Origin: Macrostomum lignano
Taxonomy: Eukaryota
Reading direction: 5' to 3'
DNA: 64,000 nt
NCBI GenBank assembly: GCA_002269645.1
Contig: NIVC01001456.1
Span: 1-64,000 of the forward strand
Part shown: positions 54,017 through 64,000 of the stretch, one piece after another
Position numbering within the stretch: position 1 is the first letter of the stretch
How the letters are laid out: every line of letters starts with the position of its first letter
The notes under the pieces: generated by a model
Seen by the model: only the letters and a program-made list of their open reading frames with translations
Told to the model about the DNA's origin: nothing
Database searches by the model: none
Translations under genes and position numbers: made by a program

Positions 54017-54975
54017 CTAACAGCCCCATCCCCAACAGCCCCCTCCCCAACAGCCCCCTCCCCAACAGCCCCCTCCTCAACAGCCCCCTCCTCAACAGCC
54101 CCCTCCTCAACAGCCCCCTCCTTAACAGCCCCTCCCCAAAAGTCCCCTCCCCAACAGTCCCCTCCCAACAGCCCCCTCCTCAACAGCCCCCTCCCCAACA
54201 GCCCCCTCCTCAACAGCCCCCTCCTTAACAGCCCCCTCCTTAACAGCCCCCTCCCCAAAAGTCCCCTCCCCAACAGCCCCCTCCTCAACAGCCCCCTCCC
54301 CAACAGCCCCCTCCTCAACAGCCCCCTCCTTAACAGCCCCCTCCTCAACAGCCCCTCCTTAACAGCCCCCTCCTTCACAGCCCCCTCCCCAACAGTCCCC
54401 TTCCCAACAGTCCCTCCCCAACAGCCCCCTCCTCAACAGCCCCCTCCTTAACAGCCCCCTCCTTCACAGCCCCCTCCCCAACAGTCCCCTTCCCAACAGT
54501 CCCCTCCCCAACAGCCCCTCCTCAACAGCCCCCTCCCCAACAGCCCCTCCTCAACAGCCCCCTCCTCAACAGCCCCCTCCCCAACAGCCCCCTCCCCAAC
54601 AGCCCCCTCCCCAACAGCCCCCTCCTCAACAGCCCCTCCCCAACAGCCCCTCCTCAACAGCCCCCTCCCCAACAGTCCCCTCCCCAACAGCCCCCTCCCC
54701 AACATCCCCCTCCTCAACAGCCCCCTCCTCAACAGCCCCCTCCCCAACAGCCCCCTCCTCAACAGCCCCCTCCTCAACAGCCCCCTCCTTCACAGCCCCC
54801 TCCCCAACAGTCCCCTCCCCAACAGCCCCCTCCTCAACAGCCCCCTTCTTAACAGCCCCCTCCTTAACAGCCCCTCCTTAACAGCCCCTCCCCAACAGTC
54901 CCCTCCCCAACAGCCCCCCTCCTCAACAGCCCCTCCTTAACAGCCCCTCCTTAACAGCCTCCTCCCCAACAACTT
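54017..54975 (+). repeat. C-rich 14-15-bp minisatellite (AACAGCCCCCTCCYY)
   Basis: Direct reading. Confidence 0.93.
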
Positions 54976-55360
54976 CCTTAACGGCGTACTTAAAGAGGCC
55001 ACTAGACGCGTTTAAGACGTCGAAACTGAACGGACGCCAAGAAAAAGGGGCCGCTTCTCGGGTTACCAAGCGACGCATGAAAACAGATAAACACTACTCT
55101 GTACAAAAGCACTATCATTGAGTGAGTTGCCATAATAATCTCTCACGCGAACAAACTTAAGACGAAGAAATCTTGTTTCTCTTTAGTCTAGCAGACGTAC
55201 CAGAATGGCGCTAGCCCTTGGAAGGCAGCATTCCTGCTCGATACACAGACTACAAAAACTATACCATCAGGTCCGCTTATAGGAGAAGCGCCATCTTCTC
55301 AGTTTCACTTTGCACTACTCCCCAAACAGACAGGTCTCGAACTTGCAGGCTTACAGGCTT

Positions 55361-55900
<540 letters not shown>

Positions 55901-56773
55901 TAGTGCCTGATTTGTGTTTCTGTCTGGCTGTTGCGATACAAAGCTTTTCTCGATTTTCCGAGCCGTAAACGAGTTCGCGCTTCCTGTTTATTCATCATTT
56001 CTGCTTACATTTTACCCGAATGGTTCTAGATTATTTGGACTTTATGACTTTATCACGCTTATGTAAAATTCTAAATTAGAAACGGCGCACACTGATGTCA
56101 TTGCCGTTTTCAGCCACCCATGCGTGAATATTGGCTAGGAAAAGTAAACAAAACCAGCGTCCAGCAATACGTAATACGCAATACGTAAACAAAGAGACTG
56201 CTGTAAGTCCACCGCAGTAAACAGGATATGCTGAAAACTTGAATACATATAGGTTTAAAAAATCGGTGAAGATTTTCTGCTTAGCTAGCTGTATACATGT
56301 ACGATATATTGGAAAAGGAAAATTATGGCCCTTGTAAATTTGACGAGAAATAGTACCTTCCTACTGAGGCAGAGGTCAGCAAAAGTTATTATCTCAAGGG
56401 TCAGGTAAAGAATCCAGCTCATGCCTGCGGGTCTGATAAGAGAGGAAAGGAGTGGTAATAGAGGTTATGGAAGTGGAAGGAGAAAATGTAAGATAAGAGA
56501 AGAGAAAGGCCAATGACGAGAGAGGAGAAAAGAGGGGAGAGAAGAGTGGAGGGAAGAGGGGCGAGAAGACAGGAAAGAGCTGAGAAGAGACATGAATTTT
56601 GAGCGGGCCGGATAGCAATTTTGAAGTTTCAAAGAGCTCGAGGGCCGAATAGAGAGCCATGTGCCAGGAGATTGCCAACACCTGTTTTAAGATAAGGTTG
56701 CAGTAACGCTGGGAGCTCGCACAGTCTGTGGCCAGAACACTTTTCTGGTCGTCCGACGAACGCGCAGTTCGTA

Positions 56774-57977
56774 TTACAACAGCGAGCAGCCGGAACTCCT
56801 AAAAAGATGGTTAAAATTCGAAAAATTGGATGTAAACTTGAAGCAGCTACGAAACGCTTTTTAGAACAGTCGATTACAAATGCCGGGACATAACATCCAA
56901 ATCCCTCTTGTGCTCCCAGGGAATCAAGGGGATAGAAAATTGGAATTCTTGGAAATAGAATTTGACTCACTGTCGCCTGGACTGCTCCCGCTGCATCTCC
57001 GAGCGGATGGCCATCAGCGGGCTCAGGTAGATCCTGTTGAGCCAGCCCTGCGTGTAGGCCATGACCTCGATCAGCTGCTGGCCCCTGCCGGCCTGTCGCT
57101 GCAGGGCCATCATCTCGGCGCCGCCAGCTCGAATGCCGAGGGCCGTGACTGTCTCCGTCAGCGAGGAGAACTTCAAGAATACGTTGCTCTTCCCGTCGGG
57201 CAGGCTGGACACGGGGATGAACACCGGCCTGTTGTGTCGAGTTTGTAAAGCTTCGAAAATGTAAAAAGTGAATGAGCAAACGCACACAGGCGCACATGCT
57301 CTCATACGATGTACAATACAGGCAACTTCATCACAAAATCGTTCTTATTGCAATCGTTACTCTCTGAGTAAGGGGTGTTAGACGCGCCGGAGGGTGCCGC
57401 TGTACATATCGCTGTACTTTGGCGGGGGGTTGAGGTGTGGGGGTGTTGGCCGCGCCGGCCAGCTTAAAGCCTCTGCACCCGGCCCGGCTTGGCTCCGCCA
57501 CCATTTCTCAATTTTTTTATCTCCTTTTTACGAACCAATAAATATTAACTCGTTTAAACTAATAAATAAATGCTTCGCTTGATCCACTGGGATCCGTTTT
57601 ATCGGCCGCTGCCTGCTTTTCGCAACTGACTTTGTCTCGTTTGGCTCCTTCCGGCGTGTTTAATACGAGTATTAATGGTCCTTGGCCAGCAATAGCTAAA
57701 CCTTGTGCAGTCACCCCGATACAGTCTCCACTTACACCTTGTCGGGCGTGAGCTCTACAGCCAGACGAATCACCAGCAGTCTCTCGGAGCTGTCCAGACT
57801 GCGGTACAGCCTGTAGTTGGTGAGGTTGGCTGGCACGCAGTCGTCCAGCAGGCAGGAGATGCAGTGCAGGTAGTACATCAGCCTGGCCACATTGTCGTTT
57901 GGTACGGCTGCCGTAGTGCCAGAGTGTTCAATGCGCAGTCGCTGGTTCTCAAATTGGGCAAGAGCTAACTGACTCAT
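56774..57977 (-). CDS. Unrecognised 174-aa protein with C-terminal CaaX box (paralog 1)
   Basis: Exons 57736-57977, 56971-57228, 56774-56798 in frame: MSQLALAQFENQ...VPNDNVARLMYYLHCI...MAYTQGWLNRIYLSPL...SRRQSSGCSLL*. Confidence 0.75.
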
Positions 57978-58209
57978 GACGACTTGTTTGGCAAGTAGAC
58001 TTGGGCACCTGTAGAGGCATTTAATCGTTTTTACCCCATTTTACCCGTTTTTATAGGCTAAAATGTTTCGCCACTCGAGATTCGGTGCTTAGGTGCAAGC
58101 AAACCAGCTAATGCATAAACAAACTGCTGTACTAATTAATCTTTTTTGTTTCTTTGCGCGAGGTAAACCATCAGTTTATTATATTTTGTGCAATAAAAAA
58201 TATGAGTAC

Positions 58210-58419
58210 AATCTAGTCTGTAGATCTCTAGACTCTAGAGAGGAGGAAAAGAGAGATGAAAGGAGAGAAGGGGATGGGGCAGAGAAGAGAAATAAAGCTA
58301 AGAAGAGACAAACATTGAGCAAGCCGCATAGCTATTGTGAAGTTTCAATCGACCAGAGGCCGGATAGAGAGCCTTTGCGCGCCGCATGCAGTCCGCGGGC
58401 CGGGGTTTTCCGACCCCTG
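58210..58419 (-). mobile_element. hAT/Charlie-like MITE end with a purine tract; related copy at ~56420-56684
   Basis: Minus-strand ends CAGGGGTCGGAAAACCCCGGCCCGCGG and CAGGTGTTGGCAATC. Shared internal GATAGC.ATT.TGAAGTTTCAA...GGCCG.ATAGAGAGCC. Confidence 0.5.
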
Positions 58420-58505
58420 GTTCAGTGCTTAGAAACTGAAAATTTGCAATCTCGCTGTGCATTTTTAAATATAAAACCCTGCTCTAACTTTTTCTAAAAA
58501 TGCGC

Positions 58506-58872
<367 letters not shown>

Positions 58873-59564
58873 CAGTTAGCTGGAAATACATCTAGGGATT
58901 AAAGCGGCTCATTTGCTCTCAGCTGGTCCCCCACCATATTCCCCACATTTACTCACATATCCTCAGATCTATACTCATCTCTATCCAATTATCCTTACTT
59001 TTACCCACCTATCAACACCTTTAACCACCCATTCCCACCCTAGCCATGACTTCTATCCATCCTCACCCACCATTCTCAACCCTCCTAACTGAAACTTCGC
59101 TAACAAAGAGCTGTCTGTTCATCCGTTTTAAAACGAACTTCCGGATTCAGGAGCGTAGGGGCTCACATATTCAAATGGAGGCAAACTGGACTCAGTTTTG
59201 ATATTGTAACGTACGATGTAAAAAGAGCAATGTAATTATTCATTATTAACAAATTCACTTGAAGGAAAGGACTAAAACAGGATTAACCGTAAGGCAACAT
59301 TCAACCCATTAACACGAAAATGTTTATTTAATTAAACTATACAGAATACAGCAGCAGAATTCAATCAGGCCTTCACCAATCAGCAATAGATTTGCTTTCA
59401 GAAAAGTTACATTCCGGTCTGTGAGCAGTCGTTTCACTTTTCAGGCCTACAGCAGAGTGCAGCCTGAGCTAGAATTTCTGCAGCAAAATTTAGGGGGTGA
59501 GAGAATCGACAGAATCAAGCAATTCCTGCTTTTCATTGTCTAAGGCTAAACAATGAAGTTAGGA

Positions 59565-59720
59565 TGTGGCAGCCTAGTGGTCGGAGCATCTTGAAAGTCG
59601 GGTAATTGAGCGTGTGTGTGGCGACCCCCCAGTCATTGGACTGAACAGCCGTACGCAGCCTTCAGATGCGTACTTCAGATGGGCCTAATTGGAGCAGGTG
59701 TAATCAATTATTATATATAA
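59565..59720 (+). mobile_element. Internally deleted copy of the same SINE
   Basis: Shares GGTAATTGAG..GTGTGGCGACCCCCCAGTC..GGACTGAACAGCCGTACGCAGCCTTCAGATGCG and GCAGGTGTAATCA with 60380-60525. Confidence 0.75.
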
Positions 59721-60230
59721 TAAAACACTTAAGCTACGACATTCAGACAATTCGAGGAAAACGGCACAAGGCAACGACAAATTTTAGTGCACACTCGATA
59801 GTGGGCAGCGAAGCGATCGATAAATCGATAAAAATGCAACACTAGAATGAATGCCTTTCGAATAGATGAATGAATCTGACCAAAGCATACCTTCGAGCGG
59901 TCGCCTGTTCCCGTTGCATCTCCGAGCGGATTTCCATCAGCGGGTTCAGGTAGTTTCTGTTCAGCCAGCCCTGCGTGTAGGCCATGACCTCGATCAGCTT
60001 CTGGCTGCTGCCGACCTGTCGCTGCAGGTCCATCATATGGTGGCGCCGCCAGACTGAATCCCGAGAGCGGTCAGTGTCTCGCTGAGCGACGAGAACTTGA
60101 GGAACATGTTGCATTTGTCTTCTGGGAGGCGGGACACTGGGATGAACAGTGGCCTGAAATTTTTTTTAACATCGATGGTTTATTTGATAGATTTTTAATG
60201 ACCGCATTATACTACCAAAGTGCATAGCTT

Positions 60231-60580
60231 GGGGTTGCAGCCCAGTGGTTAGAGCGTCGGACGCACGACTTGAAGGTCGGGGGTTCGATTCCTGATTCCA
60301 CTGGAACAATCTGTGTCCTTGAGCAAGACACTTAACTCTTCACTGCTTCAGCTCACCCAGCTGTAAAATGGGTGCCAGCATTAGCTGGGGTAATTGAGGG
60401 TGCGTGTGGCGACCCCCCAGTCCATGGACTGAACAGCCGTACGCAGCCTTCAGATGCGCCGCGCAATAGCTGCGGCTGAGCTGTCGGTTGCACATCTGGC
60501 TCCATTGGGGCAGGTGTAATCACTTATTGTTATTATTGTTATCGTTATTATTGCTATAATTATTATTATCATTAATATTA
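60231..60580 (+). mobile_element. tRNA-derived SINE with a conserved-core-like body and (TTA)n tail
   Basis: A-box-like GCAGCCCAGTGG, B-box GGTTCGATTCC, then TGTGTCCTTGAGCAAGACACTTAAC and CAGCTGTAAAATGGG, and an A/T simple-repeat tail. Confidence 0.8.
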
Positions 60581-60899
60581 TTAGTATAGCTTGAAGATGC
60601 AGAAGCACGTTTTTACGAGTACCAGCCAAATCTGTTCAAAATGCTCTTTAAGCTTTAGAATTGAGTCCGTATTGTATGATCCAAATAACTTTCTTGCGAT
60701 TCTATCGGCTTAAAGTGGGGCAACCAGAGTGGAAATTTTGATCATGCAGCATTGAATTACAACGAATCTAATGTGGATAAGAGATTTTTTGGTAAGTTCA
60801 AATTAAAAACTCAGTTTTTCTTTATTCGTTTCCTTTGGGAGAGCATTCCGACATTGCTAGTAACATTATAAATGATGTTATTTACTGTGTTGTAGAGTA

Positions 60900-61440
60900 G
60901 TAGCAGTTGGAGTTAGCCGAACGCGGCCGCAGGAAATTCCGTGGAAATGCCGTGACTAAGTTGACGTACTGAAGAGATAGTTGGCAATGTTAAAGATATG
61001 AATAGTAGCGCCAGGGCGCAGCTGTGGCTCACTAAGAATAGGATTGAGCGATAAAGTTTTGGGGGAACGGGCAGGGAGAGGGGTGCACAGGTGGCAGCCC
61101 TAATTGCCTATAACACTTAAATTGCCTAAAACTTGCCTAGCACCTAATTACCTAACCCAATTGCCATTGAGCAGAAATGAGATATGAGATGGAAAGGCAA
61201 CTATTGAAACTATAGGTTTTATGCAACTATAACTATTCTCAGTACACTGATCGCCCTGATGTTACTACTTTTAACATTGCCATACATCTCTCTAGTACGT
61301 AAACGGGCAGGGACTTTTAGTTGTTTAGTTTAGCTGACTTGTAGTTTTGCTTGTCACAGAATTTCCGCGGCATTTCCACGGCATTTCCACGGAATTTCTA
61401 CGGAATTTTTTGCAGTGGTGTTTTGCTAACGCCAAACTAA
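60900..61440. mobile_element. Foldback/MITE-like element with long imperfect inverted arms
   Basis: GGAAATTCCGTGGAAATGCCG pairs with CGGCATTTCCACGGAATTTC; GTACTGAAGAGATAGTTGGCAATGTTAAA pairs with TTTAACATTGCCATACATCTCTCTAGTAC. Confidence 0.6.
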
Positions 61441-63187
61441 CCATTGGTAGGAAAGCTCTGTGTGAGCTTAGATTTCTCAGTCATTTAGACTACTGAGAAA
61501 AGTAGACGAATGAAGATTTGAATCGCAAAATTTTCCACAATGCCCGAAAACTTTCGCCATCACAAAATGAAAGTTCTGTGAACAACGAGAGTTGTGGGAG
61601 AGGACGGTGTGTGACTGACTGACGAAGGCAAACAAGCCCAGGCCCCCACTTTAGGTTGTCCCACTCTGCGTCTAGACGAGCTGCCTATCGAGGTATTCAC
61701 TTGTATTTACTTAGGTATTTACCTGTGTTCAATTATAACTCTCAGTAATAATGAATCAACGTTTTCATACACACTACGTTATAGGAGATACGGCTTCAAA
61801 TTGTTTTCCCGTTACTCGACAGTCGGCTTGCTTTGTTCCAGTCGGTGGCCGGGACTGTCCTGCTGTACAAAGCCGAGGCTCAGACGCTTACTGACTTACC
61901 AGCCTGGGCCGACTAAGTGAGCTGTTGGGCCGTCGGTGACTCCAGCTGGCAGGTCACATCATACGCGCCGAGTCGTATTGCCCACTTGCCCACAGCCGGT
62001 GCAGTCGGTGCTGCGATTAATGCTGAAGGCGCAATCTCAGCGGACAGGCGTGCACCCCGGGTTTGTGGCGCGCTCCCGGCTTCTACTAATTTGCTCTACT
62101 AATTTGCTAATTACTAAATTTGCTTCTACTAATTTGCTTTCACTGACTAATAAGTCAGTGAATTACATCCCGGATGAGGCTTCACTTACACTTCGTCGGG
62201 CGTGAGCTCCACAGCCAGACGAATCACCAGCAGTCTCTCGGAGCTGTCCAGGCTGCGGTACAGCGTGTAGTTGGTGAAGTTGGCTGGCACGCAGTCGTCC
62301 AGCAGGCAGGAGATGCAGTGCAGGTAGTACATCAGCCTGGCCACATTGTCGTTTGGTACGGCTGCCGTAGTGCCAGAGTGTTCAATGCGCAGTCGCTGGT
62401 TCTCAAATCGAGCAAGTGCTAATTGACTCATTTCGGCTTGTTCGGAAATTTGATTTGGGCACCTGTTGAGGTTTTTTATCGTTTTTGCCTAATTTTATCC
62501 GTTTTTATAGGCTAAAATGTTTTGCCTTTCAAGATAAGACAAGATAAGACAAGAGAAGAGTGGAAGGAAGAGAGATGAGGGGAGAGAAGAGAGATGAGGA
62601 GAGAGAAGAAAGATGAGGGGAGACAAGAGAGATGAGTAATATGTGTACCATGTCACTATGTGTACCCAAGGACCACTAGAAGTTACCGTTGTCCCATGAT
62701 TTTGCGGGCCGCACGGCCCACGGAATCGTCAATGTGTGCCCGCGATTTTAGTCTATGGCATTTATTATTAAGCGTAGAAAAACATAAATTTATCGAAGTA
62801 ACAGTACATGCTAGCCAGCATAACAAAAGTACATTTATAAATGTGACATAGTGACACGATGAACTTTGCTATAGGTTGCATGCACTGTAGTGTTGACTCG
62901 CTAGCAGTGAAGTTGTTATTGATCGGCTTAGAGATTGTATTTTATTCCACCCCACCCCATGCGCGCGTTTGAATCTGTCTGCACCCACCACCTCAGTGCT
63001 AAATAATAAATGTGAACAGCCTGGCTCTCAAACGAGCACCTTTTACTCACTCCTGCAATTCCACACTTCTGCCTCGCTTAACAAAGTTATCACAATAAAC
63101 AATACGTCAATAGCAGAATAGTTCATCAATGCTTCATCAAAAGCCATGCAGCGTTAAAGATAGAAGCTGAGTCTTACACCGTCTTTC

Positions 63188-63530
63188 TCAAGCACTGTTT
63201 GTCTCCTTTACAAATCGATGGATACTAGCCCGAAAGCCACGAATCGTATCCGGTGCATAGGTCTTCGTTCCAAGCACAGGATTAGCTCGCAGACTTACGT
63301 ACCAGAGGCGCAGATAGCCGTCTAAGTAGCTTTCAATGTCATCAGGCAGGTTTTTCTCTCGAAGAAATTTCTTGAACCGATTAATTTGATTCTTAGTGGT
63401 TGCTAAGGTGGATGCCGACTTTGACGACTGTTCAAGTCGTTTGATGTCCTCTAGTTCTTGTACATCTAAGTCGCGATACGAATCTTCCTGAGTCCGTAGT
63501 TGATATGAAATTGAATTGGCTGCAGAGTCT
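63188..63530 (-). mobile_element. Crypton-like (DUF3504/KCTD1-ZMYM-related) tyrosine-recombinase N-terminal fragment
   Basis: ATG-less frame not in the ORF track: ELEDIKRLEQSSKSASTLATTKNQINRFKKFLREKNLPDDIESYLDGYLRLWYVSLRANPVLGTKTYAPDTIRGFRASIHRFVKE*. It resembles my recollection of the Crypton N-terminal pattern. Confidence 0.5.
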
Positions 63531-63759
63531 ATAGAAAATTTTGTCCTTTTATATATTGTTCTAAAAGTGGAAGTTCCTTATTTTACAATAAGATACTAAA
63601 GATTAGCTTCAATTCGCCCCCAGGTCAGGCACCCCTAGCCCGCCCAACTATGCACACTCAGCATTTACACTCTACATGTATTGCGCTCGGACTTTGAGAG
63701 AGTACTAAACCCAATACTTCTGCAATGCACCGGAGCGAATCTCTGTCTATTATAGTTAG

Positions 63760-64000
63760 TAGTTAGCTGGAAATACGACTCGTACTCTTAGCGATTTCCT
63801 TCCTCCCACATCTCCCACAAATCTACCCATCTCTACCACCTATTCCCATGTCTATCCAACTCTCCACACTTTTACACACCTATTAACACGTTTAACCACC
63901 CATTTCCACCACTAGCCATGACTTCTATCCACCCTTACCCACCGCGCTCTAACCCTCCGAACTGAAAATTTGCTAACAAAAAATTATCGAGAAAATACTG
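63760..64000. repeat. Diverged copy of the paralog-2 downstream flank (58872-59130)
   Basis: Both share GTTAGCTGGAAATAC...TTTAACCACCCATT.CCACC..TAGCCATGACTTCTATCCA...ACTGAAA.TT.GCTAACAAA. Confidence 0.75.

Larger units (their letters stand above)
59447..62431 (-). pseudogene. Paralog 2 of the CaaX protein, frameshifted in exon 2
   Basis: Exons 62190-62431, 59891-60153, 59447-59477 (…RRNSSSGCTLL*). An extra AT near 60036 (ACC-AT-ATG-ATG) produces ATA TGA. Confidence 0.7.

Noticed and set aside
53980-54777. GLLRR / EEGAV repetitive ORFs
   Set aside because: Translations of the 15-bp C-rich minisatellite.

Overview
Eukaryotic (metazoan) genomic DNA with spliceosomal introns, many minisatellites and decayed transposons. 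The style suggests a free-living flatworm such as Macrostomum, but that is inference only. I assembled six multi-exon genes or gene copies by hand from GT-AG sites and reading frame. (1) 7.7-21.7 kb, minus strand: one large gene for a secreted, Cys-rich, heavily N-glycosylated protein. It is built from a signal-peptide exon plus alternating 99-nt and ~1.1-kb exons, all phase 0-0. The apparent 2503-bp tandem array (6.9-18.8 kb) is an in-frame intragenic amplification of this exon pair, giving at least ~2500 aa and still open at the left edge. (2) RSPH14. (3) A 14-exon, 781-aa ADAM metalloprotease with an intact HExxHxxGxxH motif that ends in a GPI-signal-like tail instead of a transmembrane helix plus cytoplasmic domain. 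(4) A 426-aa gustatory-receptor-like 7TM gene with three 3' phase-0 introns and a TYxxxxxQ motif. (5) IQCA1/DRC11, with two tandem 72-nt exons that look like mutually exclusive versions of the IQ motif, plus GKK microexons. (6) Two paralogs of an unrecognised ~175-aa protein whose CaaX box sits on a tiny last exon; the second copy is frameshifted. Transposon relics include Mag-type and other Ty3/gypsy pieces, a DIRS-like fragment, a Crypton-like fragment, a non-LTR RNase H fragment, nested TIR elements and tRNA-derived SINEs. All gene models are unvalidated by expression data.
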